Assembly: GCA_965203905.1 (NCBI GenBank)
Contig: CBDBDQ010000005.1
Span: forward strand, 2,912,001 to 2,976,000
DNA length: 64,000 nucleotides
Direction of reading: 5' to 3'
From: Spirochaetia bacterium
Lineage (GTDB): Bacteria > Spirochaetota > Spirochaetia > SZUA-6 > Bin103
Part shown: piece after piece, positions 10,327 to 19,648 of the stretch
Layout: the number at the start of each line of letters is the position of its first letter
Position numbering within the stretch: position 1 is the stretch's first letter
Translations under genes and position numbers: made by a program
Notes under the pieces: model-generated
What the model was told of the DNA's origin: nothing
What the model saw: the letters and a program-made list of their open reading frames with translations, nothing else
Database searches by the model: none

Positions 10327-12006
10327 ATGAATCGAATCAGGACCAGTCTGCTGGTGGCGGCCGCGATGCTGCTGGCGGCGGCGCCGCTGGCGCTGGCGGG
10401 CGGCGAGGAGGAGGCGTCGGGCGCCGGCGCGAGCACCATTCCCGCCGGCTACTTCGGCACCTACGAGCCGGCCATCGACATGGAGTGGATCAAGAGCACG
10501 TGGCAGTCCGCGCGTGAGCGGGTCAACAACGATCTCGAACCGGCCACCGGGGAGACCTTCGAGGACAACCGCTGGACGCGGGCGATGCGCGACGAGTTGG
10601 GCATCAATGTGACCTACAAGTGGGTCGTGGACGGTGCGCAGGCGCAGGAGAAGCTGAAGCTGGCCATGGCATCGGGCGACCTGCCCGACGTGATCACCCT
10701 GGAGGGCGCCCAGCGCCTGGTGGACTTCCAGCAGCTTGCCGAGGCGGATCTGCTGGCCGACATGACCGACGTGTGGGAGCAGTACGCGTCGCCGCTCGCC
10801 AAGGAGGTGGTGGGCGCCGACGGGCAGGTGATCTTCAACGCCGTCAGCCACGGCGGACGCATGAAGGGCATCCCCGGCCCCTCGGCGGGACTGGATTCCT
10901 ACAGCTACTTCTGGGTGCGCCAGGACTGGCTGGACAACCTGGGGCTGGAGCCGCCGCGCACCACCGACGACCTCTTGGAGATGGCGCGCGCCTTTACCCA
11001 CGACGATCCGGACGGCAACGGCGAGGACGACACCTTCGCGATGATGCTGGACAAGGGCCTGTGGTACCGGTCGGAGGGCTTCTTCTGGTCGTTCGGCGCC
11101 TATCCCGACGCTTGGCTGGAAGCCCCCGGCGGCGGCCTGATGTTCGGCGCCATCCAGCCGGAGGTGAAGGACGCGCTGGCCGCGCTGCGCCACATGCACG
11201 CCGACGGTCAGCTCGACCCGGAGTGGGCGGTAAAGGATGGCGCCAAGGCCAACGAGGCGTTCGCCCGCAACGCCGTGGGCATCTCCTACGGCGGCCACTG
11301 GATCTCCTACGACTTCCTGCCCGGCTGGGAGAACGACAACAGCATCGACTGGAGCGTGTACCCGCAGCCGGGCGTGGACGGCATGACCCCGAAGGGTGAG
11401 CTGGAGCTGGGCATGGCGCGGATCTACGCGGTGAGCAAGGACTACGCGCACCCCGAGGCGGTGGTGAAGGCGTACAACCTGTACTGGGAGAAGCTGTACG
11501 GCGAGACCGGCGACTACGAGTACTGGGGCAACGACGATATCATGGACGGCATCTGGTGGATCGGGCCGTTCGCCGCCTTCCACCCGTGGGTCAACATCCC
11601 GCCCTACTACGACATCCAGGCGGTATACGCGGGCGACAAGGACCCCGCGGAGCTCACGGGCGTGTCGCTGGACTACTACAACAACACCGAGAACAACCCC
11701 CACCCGGCCCAGCAGTGGGCGTGGCAGGAGATGTTCACCGATCCGGCGACCTCGCCGTTCGGCCACATCACCCGGCGCGTGGACGAGGGCAGCCTGTTCG
11801 TCGACAACTTCGTCGCCGCGCCGACCCCGACCATGGTGGACCGCTGGGGCACCCTGGAGGAGTTGAAGATCACCACCTTCACCCGCATCATCGTCGGCGA
11901 CCTGGACCTGGAGAGCGGGTTCGCGGAGTTCGTCGAGGACTGGAAGAAGCTGGGCGGCGACCAGATCACCGCAGAGGTGAGCGACTGGCACCGCGCCAAC
12001 CAGTAG
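10327..12006 (+). CDS. Carbohydrate ABC substrate-binding protein (LplA-like)
   Basis: Signal peptide plus AGGEEE, ASGDLPD, WVRQDWLDNLGLEPP; RBS AGGAGG. Confidence 0.9.
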   Translation: MNRIRTSLLVAAAMLLAAAPLALAGGEEEASGAGASTIPAGYFGTYEPAIDMEWIKSTWQSARERVNNDLEPATGETFEDNRWTRAMRDELGINVTYKWVVDGAQAQEKLKLAMASGDLPDVITLEGAQRLVDFQQLAEADLLADMTDVWEQYASPLAKEVVGADGQVIFNAVSHGGRMKGIPGPSAGLDSYSYFWVRQDWLDNLGLEPPRTTDDLLEMARAFTHDDPDGNGEDDTFAMMLDKGLWYRSEGFFWSFGAYPDAWLEAPGGGLMFGAIQPEVKDALAALRHMHADGQLDPEWAVKDGAKANEAFARNAVGISYGGHWISYDFLPGWENDNSIDWSVYPQPGVDGMTPKGELELGMARIYAVSKDYAHPEAVVKAYNLYWEKLYGETGDYEYWGNDDIMDGIWWIGPFAAFHPWVNIPPYYDIQAVYAGDKDPAELTGVSLDYYNNTENNPHPAQQWAWQEMFTDPATSPFGHITRRVDEGSLFVDNFVAAPTPTMVDRWGTLEELKITTFTRIIVGDLDLESGFAEFVEDWKKLGGDQITAEVSDWHRANQ

Positions 12007-12086
12007 AGCGTTGTAACCGCAGACGGATCGCCGCCGTGAGCCGGCCGGTCGCCTGACCGGCGCGGCGGCGAATCCTCGATTCCGCC

Positions 12087-12986
12087 GTGGCCTCCAGACG
12101 CACCAACACGCTCCCCTATCACCTCATGCTGCTGCCGGGCGTGCTGCTGGTGCTGGTGTTTTCCTACGTCCCGATCTACGGCGTCGTCATCGCCTTTCAG
12201 CGCTTCATCCCCGCGCGCGGCATGTTCGGGGACCAGACCTGGGTGGGGTTGGGCAACTTCGACTACCTGCTGGCCCTGCCGACCGTGTGGCAGGTATTCG
12301 CCAACACGCTGATCATCGCCATCCTCAAGATCGCCGGCGGCACCGTGCTGCCGATCGTGGTGTCGCTGCTGCTCAACGAGGTGCGCAGCGGGCTGTTCCG
12401 GCGCAGCGTGCAGACCATCATCTACTTTCCCTACTTCATCTCCTGGATCGTGTTCGGCGGCATCATGGTGGACCTGCTGTCGCCCAACGACGGCATCGTG
12501 AACCAGGTGATCGTGGCGCTCGGGTTCGAGCCGGCCTACTTCCTGGGGGACGTGGACCTGTTCCGCGGCTCCCTGGTGGTCACCGACGTGTGGAAGACCT
12601 TCGGCTTCATCACGGTGATCTACCTGGCCGCCATCACCTCGATCGACCCGACCCTGTACGAGGTGGCGTCGATCGACGGTGCCGGCCGCTGGCAGAAGGC
12701 GTGGCACATCACGATTCCGGGCATGGGCATGGTGATCGTGCTGCTGATGGTGCTCAACCTGGGCAACATCCTCAACGCCGGTTTCGAGCAGGTGTTCGTG
12801 CTGTACAGCCCGCTGGTGTACGAGACCGGCGACATCATCGATACCCTGGTCTACCGTCTCGGCCTGCTGCAGGCGCAGTTCGGGGTGGCCACCGCGGTGG
12901 GGCTGCTGAAGGGCGTGATCTCGTTCGGCCTGATCTCCGCCTCCTACTACATCGCCTACCGGTTCTTCTCCTACCGGCTGTTCTGA
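12087..12986 (+). CDS. Carbohydrate ABC permease (LplB-like)
   Basis: LYEVASIDGAGRWQ..WHIT.P EAA motif. Confidence 0.92.
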   Translation: MASRRTNTLPYHLMLLPGVLLVLVFSYVPIYGVVIAFQRFIPARGMFGDQTWVGLGNFDYLLALPTVWQVFANTLIIAILKIAGGTVLPIVVSLLLNEVRSGLFRRSVQTIIYFPYFISWIVFGGIMVDLLSPNDGIVNQVIVALGFEPAYFLGDVDLFRGSLVVTDVWKTFGFITVIYLAAITSIDPTLYEVASIDGAGRWQKAWHITIPGMGMVIVLLMVLNLGNILNAGFEQVFVLYSPLVYETGDIIDTLVYRLGLLQAQFGVATAVGLLKGVISFGLISASYYIAYRFFSYRLF

Positions 12987-13897
12987 TGGCTGTGGTCGCC
13001 CGCTCCCTGGCCTTGCGGCCGCGCCGCCCGCGGCTGTCGGCGTTCTCGGTGGTCAACGGCATCGTGCTGTCGCTGGTCGCCGCCACTTGCCTGTTCCCGA
13101 TGATTCACATGGTGGCGGTGTCGTTCAGCACCCGCGCCCTGGTGCTGGCCGGCGAGGTGGTGTTCTGGCCGCGCGGATTCAACACCGCCTCCTACGCCTG
13201 GGTGCTGCTGCAGGGCGGGTTCTGGACCTCCCTGTGGGTGTCGGCGCAGCGCATGGTGGTGGGGATTGCCATCAACGTGGTGCTGGTGCTGCTGCTGGCG
13301 TTCCCGCTGTCCAAGGAGAAGCACGAGTTCCGCGCCCGCGCCCTGTACGTGTGGTTCTTCTTTTTCACCATGCTGTTCGAGGGCGGGCTGATCCCGCTCT
13401 ATATGACGGTGGCGACGCTGGGCCTGCTGGATACCATCTGGGCACTGGTGCTGCCGCGCGGGGTGCAGGTGTTCCTGGTATTGCTGATGCTCAACTTCTT
13501 CCGCCAGGTGCCCGGGGAGCTGCAGGACGCGGCGGAGATCGACGGCGCCGGCAAGTGGCGCATCCTGTGGCAGGTGTACGTGCCGGTGTCGCTGCCGGCG
13601 ATCGCCACCATCACGCTGTTCTCCGGCGTGTTCCACTGGAATTCGTGGTTCGACGGTCTGATCTACGCCAACCACCCGGACCGCTACCCGGTGCAGACCT
13701 ACCTGCAGATCCTGCTGCGCGGCGACATCCTGTCGCAGGCGACGTCGCTGAGCGAGATCTCGGAGATCTACCACCTCTCCAACCGCACCGTGCGGTCGGC
13801 CTACATCGTGATCGGCATCGTCCCGATCCTGGCGCTGTACCCGTTCCTGCAGCGCTACTTCATCAAGGGCATCGTGATCGGCAGCGTGAAGGGATAG
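12986..13897 (+). CDS. Carbohydrate ABC permease (LplC-like)
   Basis: TGATG coupling at 12984-12988; ELQDAAEIDGA; YPFLQRYFIKG. Confidence 0.92.
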   Translation: MAVVARSLALRPRRPRLSAFSVVNGIVLSLVAATCLFPMIHMVAVSFSTRALVLAGEVVFWPRGFNTASYAWVLLQGGFWTSLWVSAQRMVVGIAINVVLVLLLAFPLSKEKHEFRARALYVWFFFFTMLFEGGLIPLYMTVATLGLLDTIWALVLPRGVQVFLVLLMLNFFRQVPGELQDAAEIDGAGKWRILWQVYVPVSLPAIATITLFSGVFHWNSWFDGLIYANHPDRYPVQTYLQILLRGDILSQATSLSEISEIYHLSNRTVRSAYIVIGIVPILALYPFLQRYFIKGIVIGSVKG

Positions 13898-13915
13898 TCG
13901 ACGGCGCGAAGAGAA

Positions 13916-13989
13916 CGGGGACGACGGGATTTGAACCCGTGGCCTCCGGCTTGACAAGCCGGCGCGATAACCATCTACGCCACGCCCAC
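13916..13989 (-). tRNA. tRNA-Asp(GTC), CCA not encoded
   Basis: Minus strand folds as a cloverleaf: acceptor GTGGGCG/CGTCCCC, D-arm GCG..CGC, anticodon arm CCGGC-TTGTCAA-GCCGG, T-arm ACGGG-TTCAAAT-CCCGT, discriminator G. Confidence 0.92.
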
Positions 13990-14005
13990 TGGTTGGAAGG
14001 CGATC

Positions 14006-14035
14006 AATATAGGATCCGTGGCAACCGGACGTCAA
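14006..14035 (-). promoter_or_regulatory. Sigma70-type promoter of tRNA-Asp
   Basis: TTGACG-N18-TATATT, 16 nt upstream of the tRNA 5' end. Confidence 0.65.
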
Positions 14036-14142
14036 CTTTCGCTTCGTCGTGTTCGTCGTGGGTCACAAGGACATCTCCCGTTACCCAACCGTGGGCCGCA
14101 GGCCTGCTCCGTCTATGATCGGACGCGCGTGCAGCGCCGCGG

Positions 14143-15017
14143 TTACGTCGCCGCGGTCCGGCTCCGTACCGCCTCCAGGTTCAGCACCTGCATCGTCTCG
14201 TCTCCCATCGCCAACGCGTAGATCCCGTGCCGCGTCAGGTAGGTCACCAGGTCTTCCGGTATGCTCAGCGACGAGAACGCCGGCACGATCGGGACTGTCT
14301 CATATTCGGGATAGTACAGCCGGAATTCGCCGCTGCGCAGAAACTCTACGAACGCTCGCGCATACGAACGCACGCCTGGGGGCGAGGCGACGACTTGGTC
14401 TCGTTCAGCAACACCGCCCGCGTCCCGACGTAGAGCGCGTCGAACTCCCGCGTGCGGGAGCGGTCGTCGCTCCGCGTCACGGCCTGGCGCGTGGTGAAGC
14501 GTACCAGCTCGCCGCAGCCGAACACCTCGCGCGCCAGGCGCCGGACGCTCGGCGCCACGATGTCTTCCACCACCGTACCCATCTTGTTGGCCAGCTCGCC
14601 CCACCGCTTGTTCATCTCCCGCCGTTCGCGGGCGGCCTCCTCGCGGTCCTGAGCGGCTATCGCGCGTTCGCGCTCGCGTTCGCGGGCGGCTTCCTCGCGG
14701 TCCTGGGCGGCCATCGAGCGTTCGCGGGCGGCTTCCTCACGTTCGCGGACTCCCTCCTGCACATAGTGCTGGACGATACGCTCGAGGCGCGCGATAGACT
14801 CGTCGGTCCGTGCGACGGACTCGTTGGTCCGCGCGATAGACTCGTCGGTCCGTGCGACGGACTCATTGGTCCGCGCGATAGACTCGTCGGTCCGTACGAC
14901 GGACTCGTTGGTCCGCGCGATAGACTCGTCCGTGTGAGCCATGAAGCGGGCCAGGATGGACTCCAGATTGGCCACCCGCTCTTCGACCGCCCCTGTCCGT
15001 TGTGCAAGCGTAGCCAT
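14143..15017 (-). pseudogene. Coiled-coil plus PD-(D/E)XK nuclease-like protein (DUF3782-like), frameshifted near 14370
   Basis: Heptad repeats, RWGELANKMGTVVEDIV, REFDALYV...LNETKS (ExD..ExK); C-terminus (YARAFVEF...GIYALAMGD) lies in another frame. Confidence 0.7.
14791..14937. repeat. Coding tandem repeat, 7 x 21 nt (42-nt superperiod)
   Basis: Alternating GCGATAGACTCGTCGGTCCGT / GCGACGGACTCGTTGGTCCGC units encoding TDESIAR/TNESVAR. Confidence 0.95.
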
Positions 15018-15221
15018 GGTGCCCCTGTCTGCCTCAGGGTAGCCCTGGGGCGGCTGCAGGACAAGTGCACCGGGGAGTGAGTGCGCCGGGCAGCATCAAT
15101 CGGGGCGGCGCGCGTGATGTGGCCGCCAGGCGCATCGCGGCAGCGTTCTCAGGCGCTTCAGTCGAAGGGTATCTTAATCGGCAGCGTGAGGGGATAATTG
15201 CTGACAAGAAGGAGGCGGGAA

Positions 15222-16103
15222 ATGACCGACAGACAGGCGGTGCGGCCGGCGGTGGCCGCGGATGACTGGGACCGCCTGGCCGTGGCGCCGCTGCCAGAGC
15301 TGGACGGCGAGTATCCGCTCAGCGAGGCGCAGGTCGCGGGCTTCTGGGAGAACGGCTTCATCGTCCTGGAAGAGGTGCTCGACCGGGCCGAGATCAATGC
15401 CTACGGCGAGGCGATCCGCGACGTGGCGATGGCCCACTTCCGCGCCCGCAACCTGGCGCTGTCGTTCGGCGGCGCCTTCCTGCAGCAGCTCAACCTGCGC
15501 TACTGCTCGGACGCGGTACGCAGCTTCGTGCTCAGCCCGCGCTTCGGGCGCATCGCCAGCCGCCTGCTGCGCGCGCCCGCTGTGCGCCTGTACCACGAGC
15601 AGGCGCTGTTCAAGCCGCCCGGCGGCACCGACTCGCACTGGCACCAGGACCAGTACTACTTCCCGTTCGACGACACCTTCACCATGGGCCTGTGGATGCC
15701 GCTGGTGGACTGCTCGCTGGACATGGGCCCGCTGCGCTTCGTGGCCGGCTCCCACAAGTACGGCAACCTGGAGGGCATGTCGATCAGCGAGGAGTCGAAA
15801 CGCTTCTTCGACGACTTCATCGAGCGCGAGGGGCTGGAGGTGGTGCAGGTGCCGGGGCTCAAGGCGGGCGACTGCTCCATCCACCTGGGCTGGACCGTGC
15901 ACGGCGCGCCGGCCAACCGCACCGACAAGGTGCGCGAGGCGATGACCGCCAACTACTTTCCCGACGGCGCCCGCATCACCGACATGTCGCGCTCGCCGGA
16001 CGGGCTGCGTTTTGTCGGTGGCCTGCTGCCCGGCCAGCTCGCCAACAGCGTGATGAACCCGATCGTGTTCTCGGAAAACGGGTCGGAGGCGGACGCGAAA
16101 TGA
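15222..16103 (+). CDS. Phytanoyl-CoA dioxygenase (PhyH) family Fe(II)/2OG oxygenase
   Basis: WHQD, GSH, distal H (TVHGAPAN) and R; RBS GGAGG. Confidence 0.92.
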   Translation: MTDRQAVRPAVAADDWDRLAVAPLPELDGEYPLSEAQVAGFWENGFIVLEEVLDRAEINAYGEAIRDVAMAHFRARNLALSFGGAFLQQLNLRYCSDAVRSFVLSPRFGRIASRLLRAPAVRLYHEQALFKPPGGTDSHWHQDQYYFPFDDTFTMGLWMPLVDCSLDMGPLRFVAGSHKYGNLEGMSISEESKRFFDDFIEREGLEVVQVPGLKAGDCSIHLGWTVHGAPANRTDKVREAMTANYFPDGARITDMSRSPDGLRFVGGLLPGQLANSVMNPIVFSENGSEADAK

Positions 16104-17623
16104 CCGGCCAGTGGAGCGCCGAGCAGGCCAACAAGTGGTTCGCCTCGATCCCGTTGCCGTTCGGCTGCAACTTCCTGCCGAGCACGGCGGTGAACAGCAC
16201 CGAGATGTGGCAGGCGGAGACCTTCGACGCCGCGACCATCGAGCGCGAGCTGCAGCTCGCCGCAGGGCTCGGCTACAACACGGTGCGCGTGTTCCTGCAG
16301 TTCATGGTCTGGGAGGCCGACCCGGCCGGCCACAACGAGCGCCTGGAAACCTTCTTGCGGCTGGCTGACGCGGCCGGCATCAGCATGATGCCGATCCTGT
16401 TCGACGACTGCCGCTTCGACGACCGCGACCCCTACCCGGGGCGCCAGGACGACCCCAAGCCGGGGGTGCACAACAGCCGCTGGACGCCGAGCCCCGGCTA
16501 TGCCACCGCCGACGACCCCTCACGCTGGGCGCAACTCGAAGCCTACGTCAGCGACGTGGTCGGGGCCTTCGGCAGCGACCGCCGGGTGCTGGTGTGGGAT
16601 CTGTACAACGAGCCGGGCGGGGATCGCCCCAAGGAGAGCCTGCCGCTGGTGGAGGCGGCATTCCGCTGGGCGCGCGCCGCCGATCCGCGGCAGCCGCTGA
16701 CCGTGGGCTCGTTCTTCTGGCACGACTACATGACCGAGATCCGGCTGTGCGGGGAACGCAACTCCGACGTGGTGTCGTTCCACAGCTACGGCAACCTGCA
16801 CGAGGTGCGCGAGCGCCTCGACGAACTGGAGCAGTACGGGCGCCCCGTGCTGTGCACCGAGTGGCTGGCGCGCCACCACGGCTCCAAGTTCGCCAGCCAC
16901 CTGCCGCTGTTCCGCGAGCGCAACGTCGGCGTCTACCAGTGGGGCCTGGTGGCAGGCCGCACCCAGACCTGGCTGCACTGGTACACCCGCTACAGCCCGG
17001 AGCCGGAGGGCGAGCCGCGCCTGTGGCTGCACGACGTGATACGGCCCGACGGCTCGCTATTCGACCCGGCCGAGGCCGACGCGCTGCGCGAACACGCCGG
17101 CCAGGACCTGGCACTGGAGCCGGTGCCGATGACCGCGCAACTCATGGCCCACCTGGAGGAGCTGGGACTGATCATCCGCCTGCGCCCCGGCGGCCACGAC
17201 CTGGCGGCGCAGCCGGGCGAGACGCTGGGCGAGTCGATATACGAGACCGCCGACCGCTACGGCCCGCACAAGCTGATCGCCGTCACCGTGAACCGCGCCG
17301 AGTTCGCCGCCTTCGGCAGCCACCCCGACAACGAGGAGTTCCTGCTGCTCGGCAACCCCGACAGCCAGCCGATGTACCTCGCCGTGGCCCTGTGCCTGCG
17401 CGAAGAGTTCGAGGACAAGCTGAAGACCGGCCGCCTGACCGCCGCCGACCTGGTGATGATCGAGTGCCGCTACAACGACCCCGAGGTGAGCTTCTTCGTG
17501 ATGCGCGCCGACGTCCCCCACGGCGAGGCGATCGTCCCGGCAGCGGGCAAGCCGCCCCCCAGCTTTTACGTCACCGAATCCCGCGACCTGCCCCTGGACC
17601 TCATCGACCTCCGCAAGTACCGC
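15687..17623 (+). repeat. Copy 1 of a ~1.94-kb direct repeat (phyH 3' half plus GH-cupin gene)
   Basis: Near-identical to 24151..26088; part also matches 21028..21640. Confidence 0.95.
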
Positions 17624-17641
17624 CTCCGGGTCGCACGCTGA
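16100..17641 (+). CDS. GH5-like (clan GH-A) glycoside hydrolase fused to a C-terminal cupin-like domain
   Basis: NTVRVFL, WDLYNEP acid/base, SFHSY, CTEW nucleophile; C-domain HPDNEE...PHGE; ATGA overlap with phyH. Confidence 0.82.
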   Translation: MTGQWSAEQANKWFASIPLPFGCNFLPSTAVNSTEMWQAETFDAATIERELQLAAGLGYNTVRVFLQFMVWEADPAGHNERLETFLRLADAAGISMMPILFDDCRFDDRDPYPGRQDDPKPGVHNSRWTPSPGYATADDPSRWAQLEAYVSDVVGAFGSDRRVLVWDLYNEPGGDRPKESLPLVEAAFRWARAADPRQPLTVGSFFWHDYMTEIRLCGERNSDVVSFHSYGNLHEVRERLDELEQYGRPVLCTEWLARHHGSKFASHLPLFRERNVGVYQWGLVAGRTQTWLHWYTRYSPEPEGEPRLWLHDVIRPDGSLFDPAEADALREHAGQDLALEPVPMTAQLMAHLEELGLIIRLRPGGHDLAAQPGETLGESIYETADRYGPHKLIAVTVNRAEFAAFGSHPDNEEFLLLGNPDSQPMYLAVALCLREEFEDKLKTGRLTAADLVMIECRYNDPEVSFFVMRADVPHGEAIVPAAGKPPPSFYVTESRDLPLDLIDLRKYRLRVAR

Positions 17642-17986
17642 CCTCACGGTAGCGGCGTCGTTGTGGCTGAGTGCTCTCACCGTTACCAGGGCTATAGCCG
17701 CAATCCTGAACCTGAGGACCGGCCTATCGATCCGCGCTACCCGGCAGACCTCTCCCAGGCTTGATCCCGTTCCGTAGAAGTGATACATATGATACATCAC
17801 TAACGTGACCGATGTGATCGAACGAATCCATAGCCCCTACACGTTGTGCAAAGGGATAGCATTCTGCGCCGAAAACGAATACGGGATCCTGATGCTGGTC
17901 TATCCCGGCGTGAGTCAGTCATACGCTACGCCCACTTTGATGTCGTCCCATCCTCACATTATGGTTCGTCAAGGAAGTAACTTATA

Positions 17987-19648
17987 GTGGTTTTCAAGGA
18001 ACATCAGACGCCACGTAAGCTTCGTGGTGGATACTACACACCACCTGAGCTTACAGACTTTCTCTGCCGCTGGGTAGCAAGGATTCGTCCAACCTCCCTC
18101 CTTGAACCAAGTTGTGGAGATGGGGCGTTCTTCGATAGCATTTCACGTCACCTCGATAATCCGTCTTTAGTCGCATTTGAGATAGACGACGGCGAGGCGG
18201 TACGAGCGCGTCAGAAAGCAAGCACTAATGGATTGACTCGAACAACGATCGAGACCAAGGATTTCCTTGGTTGGGCGTCGGAGGCGCTTCTGAACAAGAG
18301 TGCTGTATTCGACGCTATAGTCGGGAACCCTCCATTTATCCGCTATCAGTATCTCCCGCCTCGGTTCCAGCAACGTGCTGAGTTGGTATTCCGAGTGTTG
18401 GACTGCAAATTTACGCGACACACTAACGCTTGGGTGCCATTCGTGCTGGCGTCGTTAGCCTTGCTTCGGCCCGGTGGACGCATAGGGCTTGTAGTACCAG
18501 CAGAGATCATTCATGTCATGCACGCTCAATCTTTGCGAACTTATCTCGCTAGGAATTGCCAGCGTGTCGTAATCGTCGATCCAGAGGAACTCTGGTTTCC
18601 AGACACTCTTCAAGGTGCAGTCTTACTCCTTGCGGAGAAGCGTCGTGATTCTTGGGATCATGTAGAGGGAGTCGGGATCTACACTGTTCGAGGCATGGAG
18701 TTCGTAAACGATGATCCCGATCGGGTTTTCTATGGTGCTCAGACTAGCAATGGGAGGTCTATTCACGGTAAGTGGACTACCGCCCTTGTGGAACCTTACA
18801 TGCGTACGCTGCTAGACGCCTTGGCTGAGAACGAGGCCGTGCGACGTTTCGAGGATATCGCCGACGTAGATGTTGGGATAGTGACGGGAGCAAACAAGTT
18901 CTTTCTTGTGCCGGACGAGACGATCCGCACGTATGGTTTGGAGCAGTGGGCGCATCCGATGTTTGGACGGAGCGAACACTGTCCCGGCGTTATTTATGAT
19001 AATCAGCAGCACCAAGCGAACGCTGCACGGGGCAGTGCGACGAATTTCCTGTGGTTCCCCGACTCGGAGATCGAGAGCCATTCTGGGGCGCTAGCCTATG
19101 TCCGCAAGGGAGAAAACAGCCGACTTCATGTGCGCTATAAGTGTCGTATACGAAATCCTTGGTACAGCGTTCCATCGGTATATTCGACAGAGATTGGGAT
19201 GCTGAAGCGGGCACACAATACACCGCGGCTGATACTTAACAGCTTACGGGCATATACAACAGACACGGCGTACCGGGTGCGTATAAAGCAAGGCAGCAGC
19301 GAACAGCTCGTATATTGCTTTGTGAATGCACTTACCGCGCTGACGGCCGAACTCGTGGGGCGACACTACGGCGGTGGCGTACTTGAGCTTGTCCCGTCCG
19401 AGATCGAGAACCTATGGATCCCATTGCCATCCATAGTCGACGTGAATCTGGTGTTGTTGGATAGAATAGTTCGCACCTCGTCAATCGAGTCAGTTCTTGA
19501 GCAGCAGTCGAGACATGTTCTCGGCGCAATCGGCCTTCGCCCATACGAACAAGACGAACTACTCAGTTCATGGAAGAAACTCCGAGATCGACGCCACCGA
19601 AACATGTCTGGAGAACAAGACCGTACACCTAATCTATTTCCAGCGTGA
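17987..19648 (+). CDS. N6-adenine DNA methyltransferase, gamma class (Eco57I/TaqI-like), Type II R-M
   Basis: GGYYTP, LLEPSCGDGAF (motif I), VGNPPF (motif IV), GRHYGGGVLELVPSE; lower GC. Confidence 0.92.
   Translation: MVFKEHQTPRKLRGGYYTPPELTDFLCRWVARIRPTSLLEPSCGDGAFFDSISRHLDNPSLVAFEIDDGEAVRARQKASTNGLTRTTIETKDFLGWASEALLNKSAVFDAIVGNPPFIRYQYLPPRFQQRAELVFRVLDCKFTRHTNAWVPFVLASLALLRPGGRIGLVVPAEIIHVMHAQSLRTYLARNCQRVVIVDPEELWFPDTLQGAVLLLAEKRRDSWDHVEGVGIYTVRGMEFVNDDPDRVFYGAQTSNGRSIHGKWTTALVEPYMRTLLDALAENEAVRRFEDIADVDVGIVTGANKFFLVPDETIRTYGLEQWAHPMFGRSEHCPGVIYDNQQHQANAARGSATNFLWFPDSEIESHSGALAYVRKGENSRLHVRYKCRIRNPWYSVPSVYSTEIGMLKRAHNTPRLILNSLRAYTTDTAYRVRIKQGSSEQLVYCFVNALTALTAELVGRHYGGGVLELVPSEIENLWIPLPSIVDVNLVLLDRIVRTSSIESVLEQQSRHVLGAIGLRPYEQDELLSSWKKLRDRRHRNMSGEQDRTPNLFPA

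Noticed and set aside
14791-14937. Possible CRISPR array
   Set aside because: Contiguous 21-nt units without unique spacers, encoding in-frame heptads; no cas genes.
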